A DNA stretch of 52,207 nt, the filler included, from Sphacelaria rigidula (Eukaryota): the NCBI GenBank assembly GCA_964200075.2. It is 4 parts of 4 records of this genome, joined end to end, with 100 filler letters (N's around TTAATTAATTAA, not from the genome) between each part and the next. Parts side by side here need not be neighbours in the genome. Positions count along the whole stretch, not along the records: positions 13,080 to 26,056 come from CAXNAA020003253.1; positions 26,157 to 39,133 come from CAXNAA020003254.1; 2 more parts are not named here. One strand, written 5' to 3'. The position numbers and the translations under genes are program-made. The notes beneath the pieces are model-generated. The model saw nothing but the letters and a program-made list of their open reading frames with translations. It did not search any database and was not told the origin of the DNA. Below are positions 22,335 through 35,139 of the stretch, piece by piece (position 1 is the first letter of the stretch; every line of letters begins with the position of its first letter).

Positions 22335-24082
22335 GGAAGAGACGCCGACGGAAGGGGTACGGCCCGTGGTGTGGGCAATGCTTTATCCGGATGACGCCGG
22401 CATAGTCTCGAGGGCCCAAGACGGCCTTGTTAGAGTGATGGCAGTGGCAGTGGAGATCTGCCAGGAGTTCGGACCGATGTTATCGGAGAGCAAAACCGAG
22501 TCTATGTGCCTGTGGTCAGTATCCAGCTCCACAGAGATCACCCTGCACACCAGCGCGGTCCGTCAGTGGTGCAAACAGACAACCAAGTTTTTACATCGGC
22601 GGTGCTGTCAGCGTGGATTTGAAAATATTCATCTCAACCAACCGTCGCATCAGCGCGGCGTGGGCACGCCTCCGAAAGTATAGTCCTCAAATCTAATATC
22701 GACCCAACACCCAGATACCCTTGAAAGTTCGGCTACTCGCAGCGAAGGTGGCAGAAGCTCTGGTGTACGGATGTGCCGCGTGGACGTCACGTTCTGAGGA
22801 TTTCGGCAGTCTGTGCACCGCCCATCACAAGCTTTTGCTGCGAGTGGTTGGATCTCGCAGGAAATATCGTACCGGCCACCAAACTCTTTTGTACAGAGCT
22901 ATGCAGGAGATGACCAACTGCGAACGTATCGAGACGACTTTTCGCGAGCGTCAACTCTGGTTCGCGGGAGCCTTCGTTCAGCTAAAGCAAACACGCCTTC
23001 CCAAACGGATTACGCACCGATGTTGAGCCGCACAAGAGCACAAGGGCACAAGGAAGCTGCCCAGCCCCCTTAACACTGGGGGGGAAATATCCAGGAGAAC
23101 TTACGTGCACTAGGAGTTGTTCCGCATGAAGAAACAGGGCGGAAATGGTTCGTCTATGGTGCAGAGAACAACGACGCACACGATTGGGCTACTACGGCGA
23201 ATGCTATGAGCAAATGGTATCTTGGAGTCGGGAAAGGAGCGGAAGACTTTCGAGGGCACATGGCGACGCGAAGACAAGCGAGAATCGGACCGCCGTCACA
23301 AACGAGAGGCTGCTGCGTCGAGTCGACAGCCGTCAATCGGAGACCTGCCCTCGCTAGCACAACAACAGCGACAGCTCGCGAGGAATCTAAGATCGAAATG
23401 ACGGTGGAGGACACGCTCTGTACCCAACTAGGGATGAACGCAAGAAATTGAGCTAACACGTAAACTGATGTACCGCTGTCTTTCCCTATCGGGTGCTGAT
23501 TTGGTCCTTGGGCGGTGGTTCTGCGGTGCTCCCTCTTAAGTGGTGTGCTTATGCCTGCTGTACTGTACTGTGTCGTTTGGACTTCCTCACTTCTGTAGTC
23601 TACTTCTTCTCTGTTCTCTCTTTCTTTCCTCATTTCTCTCTTGCTCTACGTGTGATCTTTCCTAGCGGCGTATGCCAGAGCACTTTTGTGCCTCACTTCC
23701 GTAGGTTTGATGGATGGCAGCTTCATATCCAAGATAATGAGCTCGAAAAAGATGAGCCGCAACCTGTATCGACGGCTTTTTGTTTGTTGCAATTGGGCAT
23801 GAGTGTAGACGTTTGCGCAAAACCTTGTCCATTGAAGTCGTCTGGCAGGGGCCGGCCGTTTTCACTTCTTCTTTTTCATTGTCTTTGTTCCGATCTTTTT
23901 TCTTTTTTTCCCTCTCTTGTTTCATTTTCGTAGTCTACTCTGCCTGTGCTACCTTGCCGTTTCCCTTACTTTTACCCACCGAATACATCCATGATGTTTA
24001 TGTCTATCTCGAGTACGTCAGTCGTGTGACGGCGGCCGGATCCCTGGGGCATCAGTGAAAGTACGAAAATCAACTAATCAAA
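22335..24082 (+). mobile_element. 5'-truncated degenerate RTE-like LINE family B (RT C-terminus and 3' UTR)
   Basis: VWAMLYPDDAGIVS (YADD motif), SESKTESMCL, RRISAAWARLR, LKVRLL..ALVYGCAAWT, QLWFAG..RLPKRI. Pyrimidine-rich UTR ending AATCAACTAATCAA. Confidence 0.85.
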
Positions 24083-24593
24083 AAGTTCTATCGAACGTGA
24101 GCTCCGCCATCGGATGCGTGACTCGGCGCTTCTTACTGGATCGCCCGCTCCCTCTACTTTACCAAGGCACATCATCCCTTTCAAATTTAGAGCTGGCTTA
24201 GCTGTATAGGCATATATATACACGTATTTTCTCCGAACGTTTAGCCCCCCCACTTTCTCGTGACGAGTCCGTACTCTCGAGGTGTAGACCTATGTAGTCC
24301 CTGGTGCATTGTAAGATCGCGGATTGGATCAGCACCCTCGCACCGCGTCGACGTTCGCCTCACTTTTTATACGACGCATGTCAGACACTCCTGAGAAAAT
24401 ACCCGTATAGAGTTTCATCTGCTAGGAACTAACCCCTCACTCCACCTGAAACGGTTTTGAGATGTACCAGTCACGCCACCGGGGCGCCGGAGCACTTGAA
24501 AGGGCTAGTCGCGGTACCAGGTTTACAGGCTTCTGATCAAAGCAGAGGGGTAGATACGTTTTTTACAACGAGGGTTTTGCCCCCCTCCCCCCA

Positions 24594-24667
24594 CGGCATT
24601 GTGCTTCGTCTCGAAAGGAATGTGTGGTCAATGCTCAAACGACTAAGGTAAGCAGCAAGTGAGTTCG
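24594..24667 (+). mobile_element. 5'-truncated LINE A stub with 14-bp TSD
   Basis: GTGCTTCGTCTCGAAAGGAATG..GACTAAGGTAAGCAGCAAGTGAGTTCG flanked by CCCCCCTCCCCCCA at 24580-24593 and 24668-24681. Confidence 0.85.
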
Positions 24668-24681
24668 CCCCCCTCCCCCCA

Positions 24682-24746
24682 GGAACGGAGTGCTGCGTCT
24701 CGAAAGTTGCGTGGTCAATGGTCAAACGACTAAGGCAAGCAACAAA
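24682..24746 (+). mobile_element. Second adjacent LINE A 3' stub
   Basis: GGAACGG..TGCTGCGTCTCGAAAG..GTGGTCAATGGTCAAACGACTAAGGCAAGCAACAAA. The terminal GAGTACG is missing. Confidence 0.8.
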
Positions 24747-25990
24747 AAATTATTGCGCCAAGGAATTGAATCCGATATTCTAGCAGCTTACCCATGCACG
24801 AAAGCGTGCCCTGAAAAGCTATCCGCACAAGCAGCACCATCACCCCCCTCGCTCCAGCACCCCACCTTCGCTTCATGCGTGTCTCCATTGAAGCAGAACC
24901 GAACGTCGGGAAGCTGTCATGAAGTAGTGTGATCGACGTTTCGAGAGCGAGGACGGTCACCCGTTTAGTAGCGTGAACGGTTTTACGGCACACAACAGCA
25001 GCGAAATAGGTGAACCTCTTCATCGCGACTTGTTTTGTGATCTTTAGTGCAGGGGCACCGACATTTTGATTCAGGGTAAGTGGCAGCGCATCGACCGCTT
25101 CGGACTTTAAATGAATTTTTCGCGATAAATCCTGCGAACAGATTGTCTAGTCGCTTCGCATCGATTCTTTGTACTGTTATCTTCAAATGCGTATTGATCT
25201 CTCGTGCGTTCAAATCTACGATATGCTGTATCGGGGTGCTCTATGCGTTTCCTTGTGAGCAGGCGTCACCGTGGTGTGTAGCCATTTCTACGGGCTCAAA
25301 CACGTGCGCCCACGTGCTCCCCTCCCTCCTCCTGCATAATTCGGGCTACGTCATCGTATCCAGGCACACTTCGTCGTGGAAACTTCCGCCCGTCTCGAAA
25401 AAAACCACGCTATTGCGCATGTATCTGCAGCAGTACACGACACGGAGTACCCGACCCGTTCCCGTCCGCTTAATGACGCACCCGAAATGGCTCCTGCACG
25501 ACCTCCAGTTGCACCGGCGGGTGAGCACGCCGATCGAAGCCGTCTTTCAAGGCCTGAAGCGGGGGTTGGAGAGAGGATAAATGAGGACTAGACAACGTCA
25601 CACACAGGTACACGCAAGAAAAGAGAGGTTCAGTGTAAGCGACGGATAATTCCTTCGGTAGTGCTGATGTGGGGTTTTACATCCAGGGGAAAAGGGCAAC
25701 GACAGAGGTACAACACAGTAGTGGCAGATTCGACAATGCGTTGCCAACCTTTCAAAACGTTCTCGCTCCGTTAAATCTCAATGGTCTTGACGTTATCCGC
25801 TGGAATACTGCTCGATGGTTGCAGCATACATTTCGGGTGTAGTTCGATCAACCGATGCAGGCTGCTTCACGCTTTCGACTCAAAATTCACTCATCCGCTA
25901 ATGTTCGTGGCGATTCTTCGAGTCAAACTTGGAAAATTTGCACACATGTTTTTGTTTTTGTCGCACTTTGAACCCCCCCCCCCCCGTCCG

Positions 25991-26056
25991 CTAGGAGATG
26001 GATGGTGGCCAGACACGGCGAAACAGGACGGGGAAATGATATGTAAGAGGTTCTTG
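25991..26056 (+). mobile_element. 5' junction of a truncated LINE A copy, running into gap
   Basis: CTAGGAGATGGATGGTGGCCAGACACGGCGAAACAGGACGGGGA matches 119-163. Begins 5 nt after a C13 run. Confidence 0.82.
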
Positions 26057-26156
26057 NNNNNNNNNNNNNNNNNNNNNNNNNNNNNNNNNNNNNNNNNNNN
26101 TTAATTAATTAANNNNNNNNNNNNNNNNNNNNNNNNNNNNNNNNNNNNNNNNNNNN
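26057..26156. other. Scaffold gap spacer
   Basis: N44-TTAATTAATTAA-N44. Confidence 0.97.
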
Positions 26157-27519
26157 CACAACTTGAAATAATGAGGCGTCTGGCCCGGGGACTGGAGGGG
26201 AGAGTTCCAAAAGGGTCAAGAGAGATCTGTTGAAAAGAATTGGCGGTTCATCACTCTCTAAAACCGAACCCCGCCCCTCTTGAACCGTCCCTACCCGTCA
26301 TTCCCCCGCTCTTTCAGCCCGCTGTTGACAACTAGTGCAGCAGTCTGTCGCCATACTGTACAACAGTACAGGAGTTGATGAACAGCTCACAGCTTCACTG
26401 GCTGCGTCACGATGCCTTGCGCAGCGGGGTGGTTGCAGCACGACTTTGAATTACGGAAAACGAAACAAAGGCGCATGGCGGACTTCGTGTAAAGTTGCAG
26501 GAGCTGCCGACAAGCGTAGTCTTGATGTCTGTTGCTGGGTACCGTAGAAGGGAAATAGCTTCTTGATTGCTGCTGGTAAGGTTGATTCGCACCCTTGTTG
26601 GCTTCAGTCGGTTTCTGTACTGCTGTAACACTTGTATCGGTTTGCTGTTTTTTCTTTTCCAGTCAGCTGCACAGCGGTACTTTTGTACTCTTTCTCGTGT
26701 TCTCTTGGCCGCTATGTTCAGATGTTGAAGTAGATTTTTGACTACGGAATACAGCAGTGGTGTTCTTCCACATCACAACAAGGAGGAATCTTGCTGGGTG
26801 TGGATCCTGTATGGCACCGTAAACAACTGAATACGTCATGTCGAAACCTCACTGAAGCGCCACGACTTGAGCGTCCAGATCTCAGTATTTCACCAGTCTA
26901 GAACCAATATATGATTTCAAGAGGCATCTTTCTGTGAAACCGAGCACTCGGTTTACCACAAAACCTCTCTGAAAACAATACAATAGAAGAGTCATGCATA
27001 AGCGAGGTCAAAATGGCTTGTCAAACCGCTCTCTTGAACCGTGGGCACTACTGAAATTTCAATTTCGAACCTTTTCGGTTCGAGATAACGGCGGTTGAAA
27101 GTCGCAAACTCTGAGCTCGTGTTGCTGTGGAGCTGTAGCCTATCGCACGCTACTTACACCTCGACGAGTGAGGTCAGCACAGGCTGAGGAGCTGGCTGTC
27201 AGGTTGTTTACTGATGCCAATCGATGCTGCTGAAGAGTTGGTAGTACATGTGTGGATTAAGTAAGTTTGAGGGAGTAACGACTGGGAGGACGTGCAGCTC
27301 CTGCCAGCATAGCAACAAGAGAAAAGAGAGAGGGGTAGTGAGGCCGTTTTGAGTGTGGAGGAAAGTGACAGGGAGTGTGAAAGGGAAGAGACGGGGGGGG
27401 CGGGGAGGAGATCCCTTCCCCTGTGTCGACCAGCGTGGTGGTGAACCTCTTCTAAGAAATCGTCTGGGGCCGTGTTGTCGCACGTCACCGATTGCAGAAA
27501 TCGTCATTATTTTTAATCC

Positions 27520-27777
27520 TATAGCCTCTGCCAGACGACCAGGACAAAAGAACTACCAACGAGGGACTCCTCCAGTAGCACTGGCCGCGTGCTCGACAAG
27601 TCCTTTCTTCTAACTTGTTATTATTGCGGAGTGATCCAGAAACAGACCACATCATGAGCCAGCAGCAAGGGGCCACACAGATAAGGGCCATCAATTCAAG
27701 ATCCCCCGTCCCCTGCCACTGCTCCAATCATGCATGCGATTATACTGAAACCTACGACTTGGTATCATTTGGCTGCA
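27520..27777 (-). repeat. 3' LTR
   Basis: Direct repeat of 32208-32461 with substitutions and small indels. Outer end eroded. Confidence 0.9.
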
Positions 27778-27929
27778 GCACCCTCGAAGCGAGTTCAAGA
27801 CAAACGAACGAGCTTGACAACCAACAAAAACCAAGGCGAAATCGCATGCGCCAGATCACAAAGACATACCATACTCCGACACTAATTTACTGGTCAGCGC
27901 CCGAGTTAACCGCATTTTACGCAGTTCCT

Positions 27930-29200
27930 TCAAACCAAATTCAGGCGCAGAGGAAGGAATCTTCGAAGAGACTCCCACGTACGTTCTTCAGCACCGAACC
28001 CCTCCCAATCGACCAATACAATGACATCACCATTGTCATTCTTAGCGACGTGTACCATAGCACTCATCTGACATTCACCTTGAGCATACGCATGCTGAAA
28101 TTCATCTTTTAGTTCCGCAGTGATGTGCAACTGCGAGTCAGCATAGAAACGTAAACGAGCGACATGGGCCGTGTGCACGGCGCCAAAAACAATGTTCTGC
28201 ACCGAATACACGTGAGCGTGATCGGCTCCGACCACTCGCCACGGACGTGGACATCAACTTTGGCGTCACATCTTGCCTACGAACACGGGCATACAATATG
28301 AAAACGCCAATTACAAACTTGGGCAACACAGCCTGGCCCTGAGCAAACTTGCGTTTGGTTTCGCGAGATACCGCGACAGCAGCTTGCACTTCGTTACAAA
28401 ACCGCACTTGCTCGTCAACCACGCCTCGAACCTTGTCACGCAACGAATCGGCATCCATGACATCGACGTTCCACTCGCCGCCAGTGACGGAAGCCAGCGC
28501 GGAAAACACGGTACGGGGCGCACGCCTAAACATCACACAATGCGGAGTGTCACGGTAGCCTTCACGAAAAGAAGTATTCAACGCCCACTCAGCGGCTGAC
28601 AAAACATCAACCCATTCAGACACTGGCCGTCTCTGTTCCGAGGAAATAGACCGCAACGCACGAATAACCTCTTTCACCATGCGTTCACAAGCACCATTCG
28701 ACCAAGGGGTATACGCAACAGTAAATTGATGTTGCATCTTGAGCGCATCGCTCAGCTGTGCGATCACTCGATTCTTGAAGTGCGTGGTGGTATCACCAAC
28801 CCAAACACGCGGCACCCCCAAAGTCTTGCACCAATGGAGCAAGTGCTTAGCCGTAACCTCGGCGGTGCAAGCCTCGGTCGGCTCCAACGAAACGAGATTG
28901 GTCAAATTATACATGATAACCAGAACGTGCCGAAAACCATCCTCAACGGGCAAACCATTAGCATCTTCAGGTCTGCTACCTCCGACGTACAGAAAATCAA
29001 AGTGAACAGCTTCACCTGGCGCAGTACCATGCACAGTATCACCATACGGACGAGGTACGATCGCACCGGCACGAATGTCTGCAACACCGGCGAACGAACT
29101 CGCGAACGTGGGAACCCATGTGAGGCCACACACAGTAGTCTTTCAAACGAAACAGAGTCGGCGCCACACCACGGTGACCAGCCGATCGTTTGTAAGCGCA
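27930..29200 (-). pseudogene. Integrase plus chromodomain (frameshifted)
   Basis: ORFs 28138-29133 (rve DDE core) and 27930-28235 (chromodomain) lie in different frames. Confidence 0.9.
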
Positions 29201-29472
29201 CACCATCAAGCGAGTTTGTGGAGCCTTATCATCCTACGGATTCCACAAAAATGACTATTGCCAACACGCACGCGAAACAAACCGTTATCAGCCAAGGCAG
29301 CTTGACCGAAAGTCGTAGGAAAAGGATGAACACCGTCGCCGACTGTTTTGCGCTGCGCAGTACGAATGACATCTAACGAGGGCAGCGAATCATCGGCATC
29401 ACACGGGCTGTACACGGCAACAGAACGGACAGGCACAGTAGGAACCTTCACCAAGCGAGACAACAAATCCCC

Positions 29473-31749
29473 CTAACAATTTTGCTCTCCAAGAATGTGT
29501 TGAATGACATACCGATACTGTTGTTGGGCTCCCAGCAACTCCCGCATGTCTTTTTGGCTTGACATCGCCCCCGGAGACTGTTCAACGTGCGCGTTCACCG
29601 CCTGATAGTCGCTGACCAAGCGGAATGTGGCCCTCTTCGGCACCGTCATCGTCGGACTCGCCCACACAGCCTGAATGTTTGTAACCAACAAACCAAACGC
29701 CACCAAAGCTGCGATGCATGAAACAAGCGCCACGGTCTGCACCGGATCGCAGCGGCGAGGCTTGGCCTTCGCAGCCTCCTTCATTGGCTCCACACGCGCT
29801 GGCGGATCACCACGCAGCGCACGACGAAATATATCCACGGGATGAGCAAAAATATCACGCAGACAATGTGCCCCATCGGCGCTCGGACCCTTCTCCTCGG
29901 CCTGCTGCACGCTATCCGCAAGCGCACGTTCTCTTGCACCTCTCTCCTCCGCTGGGTCCATAGACATGTCCGGCCCCCGATCGACCAAGCGCTCCACCGC
30001 TTCATCAGCAGGAGCCTTCCTCTCATTGGCGCCCTGGAATTACCGTATGGGTACGGTCATGCTTTGCAGCAAAATAGCCGGGATTTTCCACGCCGGTTTA
30101 CACCGGCACAGCACGCGGGCGTAACTTATCCAACGCCACCGGATACAAATCAATTCCGAGCTCCTTCATCGTCGCCATCCCAAATAGAACCACGTTGTCC
30201 CCACCGGACATGGCAGCGAAAGCAATGGGCTGCAACTCCACAGCTCCCCACGGCGTACACACGCTGACAGTAATCGGCACCGTTTTATGTGTAACCGTCA
30301 CGGGAGCACAAGTGGCGGTCTGCGCCGTTTGCGGTCCGTTTTCGAAAGGAATCTGAAGCTGAGCGCCGCCAAACTGCGAAGAAATTTGCTCTACCAACCC
30401 CACACCGATCGACATGAGCGCATACCCAGAATCCAGAATAACGCAGGCGATGAACGAACCAAAGGAACCAGGCAAGGATAAACCTGCGCACAAGCATTCA
30501 GCCCTGCGATCGACAAGTACCACGCCTGCCGAAGAACCCTGTTCGGTGCCAAGAATCACCTGACGCCAGGGCTGTCTTCCAGCACTTGGCATCGATACCT
30601 ACGAATCGTCGGTCCAACCAGACCAAGTCGCCGAATATGCAGACGGCGCTGTACAGCCGTCGCAGCAGTAGGAGATGCACCAGACACGGTTCCTGCCTGG
30701 CCGAGGGGTTGCGAACTATTCGCTCCAGCACCCCCCACCGAAGTATTTGCATTTCCCACGTACACAGTCCACCCCGCTACGGACGACCCATAAGATCCAG
30801 AGTCACCACCTGATGACGTAGTAGAAGAAACAGCAACGGAGGAACCACCATCCGCCGCCGATTCTCTTGCTACCGCGGCCGCCGCGCCCGCGTCCCTGGT
30901 TGACACGGCCCCGTCCACCGTGACGACCGCCCCGTGATCCTGATAAATCTCGTGCATTACCCTGCGCAGCGCCTTGAGCGCGAGGCTTGGGGTAATCCTT
31001 GATCATATGCCCGGTATCGCCGCAGTTGTAACACGCGCGAGTGAACGACGCTCGCGAAGACGGCTGCTGTTTCTGTTTCTGTTGCTGTTTGCGGCGAGCG
31101 TTACCTGCACTTGCCGCAGAATCGCGCCGGCTATGTGCCTCAATAAATTCCCACTGGTCTGCGGCATCAAATATTGTTTTGAACACCACCGTCGGGTTCA
31201 TTTCCAGCCGTCAACATACATTAGTACGCTTCTAACATACGCCTTGAATTTCGGAGGCGAAATTCCGTCCACTAAAGCTGTGGAAACCGACTCGGCCGGG
31301 CCTGGCAACCCACTTCTGTCCTCCGCACGGTACATGGCTTGCACCATCAGGTTTTCTGCGAAACACTTTTCCATCGCTGAACTGACCATCATCGCACGAT
31401 CCTTCACGGATATTCCACCGCTTTGTGCCATAGTAAATACTGTACGCAGGTCTGCTGCAGCCCGCGGAGTGTCATGCTTGCCGCCGGTTGTAGTGTACCC
31501 GGCATGCTGCTTCACAGCATCTAGCAATTCGTCGGGGATCATAGCCCGACGGTCCTTGTACATATCTTCGAAGCACCGGTGAATATAGGTCGGGATGAGT
31601 TGTCCGATGCTCACTCTCTCATGCCGTAAGACTCCTGTGGCGTTGACTAGACAGAGCCTCTGTAAATAGTCACTATATGCGGCGTAAAATATTCTTGACG
31701 CTTCTTCAGTTAGCAATGCTACGGTAGGGGTGCACCTATTGCGCAACAT
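29473..31749 (-). pseudogene. gag, aspartic protease and truncated RT
   Basis: ORFs 31198-31749, 30803-31201, 30098-30592 and 29473-29997, broken by frameshifts and stops. Confidence 0.85.
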
Positions 31750-32207
31750 CTTGTACTAGATGCACAAGAACATGGGTCCCGTTTGCAAATTCATTCGGGA
31801 CATCCCTAGCACATCGGGATAGTAATCCTGACTTACTCTTACGTATTTCATGACTCGTGTTTTTGATGATGAGATAAAGGGCTCGTATCAGTTCTAACCT
31901 CAGAAAATATGCGTGCACCCCTACCGTAGTATCACTCCAGTCCACACTTCGCCATACTTCGGCGGCTCTAGTGGCTCACCCAACACCAGCGGCGCTGCCG
32001 CCGTCTAAACCATGTCGACTGGAATTCAACACTTCACTGAGAGACTCTTGCCTGCCTTGTGCGTCCTCCAGCCCACGGAGCGTCCCCCACTGCTGTGCGC
32101 TTTAAGTTGATCTCTCTGTCTGCGGGCTAAACTGGCATTCCAGCTGCAGCCCACTTTTCTCCTCAGCTGAACTCCTCCAACAGAGTGCCGGGGGAATAAT
32201 ATCTAGA

Positions 32208-32461
32208 TGTTATAGTCTCTGCCAGACGATCTGGACAAGAAAACTATCAACGAGGGACTCCTCCAGTAGCACTGGCCTCGTGCTCGACAAGTCCTTTCTT
32301 CTAACTTATTATTGCGGAGTGATCCTCAACAGGCCACATCACAAGCCAGCAAGGGGCTACACAGATAAGGACCATCAATCCAGGATCCCCCGTCCCCTGC
32401 CACTGCTCCAATCATGCATGCGATTATACTGAAACCTACAGCTTGATATTTTTTGGCTGCA
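32208..32461 (-). repeat. 5' LTR
   Basis: TGTTATAG...GGCTGCA on the plus strand (TG..CA termini). Repeat of 27520-27777. Confidence 0.9.
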
Positions 32462-34557
32462 ATTCGGAGTCTCATTATTGAATTTCCTCACATTAGTCCA
32501 ATCTCTCGAACCCGTAGTCACAGACGAGAGGGGGTGTATCTCACGTTACTCGTGCTGCGTTAGATGGTACGTCCAACGAGTGCAAGGGCCCCGTCGCTCT
32601 CCCGAATACCCCAAACCTGCGGGGTTTCACCTATAACCATCAACTGTTATTCCATCGGACTAACGTGTACATCGCGCAGCTCACGATTTCTGTACTCTTT
32701 TCAGACCTGGAAAAATATCTACCGTCATGATCGCGCACGGTGGAGTGCGGCGATAACAGTCGTGTTCACAGAGTAGTTGGCGATCCTTCAAGTGTTTTTT
32801 GTCTGCCCCCGCTTGGACAGCCCCAGGTTTCGATTATTCGGTATTCTCGCTCGATGAAACCGATCTCAATCGTTGGCGTGAGCAAATGTAATCTTGTTTG
32901 ATTACGAGCTGGAAGCGTGGTTTTGGACCGGTGACGCTCGTTAACACCCCCTGATAAGTGAGGCCTTCCCTCCGTAACATCCCGAATCCCCCCGTTTTGC
33001 TCAATGTATACCGCAAGGTTTGAAATGTGTGCGATAAAAAATATATGAGCAAACGTTTTGTGTTCGCTTGTACCACAGTTCGCACTCGTAACTATTATTT
33101 GATTTGAAATCGGATGCCCCGTCCCCCCTCCCAGGTTGCAATCACTCAATAAATAAGAAAGAATGTGAAAAAAAAGACGTTAGTGTAGTGAGGAATTCGG
33201 ACCGCTAGCCAGCATGGCAGGTCAACTGGTACTGGTATCGCGGTAGATTCAAACCATGTCCCCAAATCAAATGAGGCCCGCATTTACTCCCAGCTCAGCA
33301 TTTCGAGAAGAGATCAAGACCAAGACGTCAAAAGGAAAAGAAGACAGAATGGACACAGATGGTGCTAAAGTCCCGCCGCAACTTAATTTACGGCAACTGT
33401 GTGGACAGCGCTCCCCATATGCCCCGATTCCCCGGAAAACCTGACTTCAACTAATTATCATTATTTTTTTAAACATCAGGTGGATCTCTCACAGAGTGCA
33501 AGGAGCACACCATCCATACCCATATATCAACGGCAGAGGCAGTCGAGAAACGAAACATGTGCATGAAACGAAACGCACACATGCTACGAAATATCTGAAA
33601 AATACCTATTGAACTACTGGAGATGCAACTGAAACTGAATATCCTGTTTATCCGGCAGGAAGGTTTTGCACAGTTCACCCACCAAGCCTGTCAAACGACC
33701 TCATCCGAGGGGAGTCGCAGAAGCAGCGGCCGCACATCCACACATCTGCGCAGCAGCCGCGGACGTGGAGGTTGTGGTTGTAGGTTTCTACACGCCCGAC
33801 TGCTTAGTTGCACGTCCTGCGGTTGATCGCTGCGTTTTCTAACACTGTGATCACAGTGATATTGGAAGCAAAGGTATCGAAACCCATTCCGCTAGCACTA
33901 GGCAGATACTAGGGCTTTTTGGAGTGGTTCTTCTCATGGAGGTTACCGTTAACCCCAGTGAGCTGCGTGCACTTGGAGAGGCCACAGTACGTTTTTGGCA
34001 TGGCCCTTCCTGGTTGCCCTCGTGCGGTGCGTGTGGTTGCCCTCGTGCGGTGCGTGCGGCCCTAGCGAAATACCCACTCTCTCCCCCCCATAGCCCCCCA
34101 TATAATGACCATACTCCAGTATCTCTCGATCCCGTCTCTGTTTAAAGTTGAAGGAGATGCTGCACCCCCCTCCCACGCTCGTCTATCCCCCCTGCGCAGA
34201 CCGTCAGTAAAAAGCGCTATCTGCAACGCTTCAACGGTGTGTTCTAGCACGCCAAATTCGACCTCCGCTTGGACGACGCGGTCTGATCCACGAACGCAGC
34301 GAACAAAAAGTGATTATCAGACCGGTCGGTGCGACGGAGGACGGTGGGGAACGAGCAAAGGCCGGGGAGGGGGGGAGGGAGGGTGGGGGGTACTCATGAG
34401 CTCGCATGCCATAGTCATGAGGCCATTGACCTCGCATCTCTACAAAGCCGGGACGGACCACGCAGGGTTTTCGCCGGACCAGACTCGCAATCAATCACCA
34501 AGCGCGAAGTGCCGTGGTGCACTCTTCGAGTCGCATCAAGGGTGAGCTGCATCCTGC

Positions 34558-34978
34558 CAAGATTGTCCGGCCCACAGCGTACTGATCATCGGGTGGCACG
34601 GGTATGCTCTTGATGGGATATCCGGTCGCGGGTGCGGTTTTTCTGTGCAACCTCCATACCCTACCCGACAGTTTCTGTGAGTGCTGTAAGCTTCCCATAC
34701 TCTCAGCCGACGGTTCTGTGGGTTCTTGACGTAATGTTTACCCGTACCCGGAGTGCGGGTATGCTCTTGAAGGAATACCCGATTGCCGTTACGGTTTTCT
34801 GCAAGCCTCCCATACCGTATCCGACCAGTGCTGAAATTTCTGTGAAACTTTGAAATCGGTGCCCGACAGTTTTGCAACTCCTTTGAGACTTTCATACCGG
34901 TATCCGATAATTCTGTATATTTTGTAAGAAATCTCATACCCTACAAAACATACCCGTACCCTGCATAACACAACCTTG
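34558..34978. mobile_element. Probable non-autonomous DNA transposon with many TACCCG/CGGGTA-like motifs
   Basis: Candidate TIRs CAAGATTGT / ACAACCTTG. Repeated ATACCCGTACC, CATACCGTATCCGA and CGGGTATG. No clear TSD. Confidence 0.45.
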
Positions 34979-35139
34979 CAAGTTTCTGTTGCGTTTTGAA
35001 TCGTTTGGCTCCGCAACTTCAAACGGCAAAGCTGCGTGGGATAGTCTGGCTGCAAATTACCGAACATCTTCCATACAAAGTCACTCTCGTCCCATGCGAT
35101 AGTTGGATCGTATGACCAAGCTACAGGGCCAACCCTTTA

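Larger units (their letters stand above)
27520..32461 (-). mobile_element. Ty3/Gypsy chromovirus-type LTR retrotransposon, degenerate and internally deleted
   Basis: Paired LTRs. Minus-strand order is gag (CYNCGDTGHMIKDY knuckle), protease (ILDSG), RT start (WASPTMTVPKRATFRLVSDYQAVN), RNase H tail (IQHILGEQN), integrase (VHFDFLYV, AYTPWSNGACERM) and chromodomain (VLVDWEGFGAEERTWESL). Confidence 0.93.

Noticed and set aside
24580-24746. CRISPR-like repeat-spacer pattern
   Set aside because: The repeats are TSDs and the intervening units are homologous LINE ends. There are no cas genes and the context is eukaryotic.
32526-32953. Possible MITE with AGGGGGTGT ends, similar to 51815-51840
   Set aside because: The inverted match is short and diverged, and no TSD is visible.
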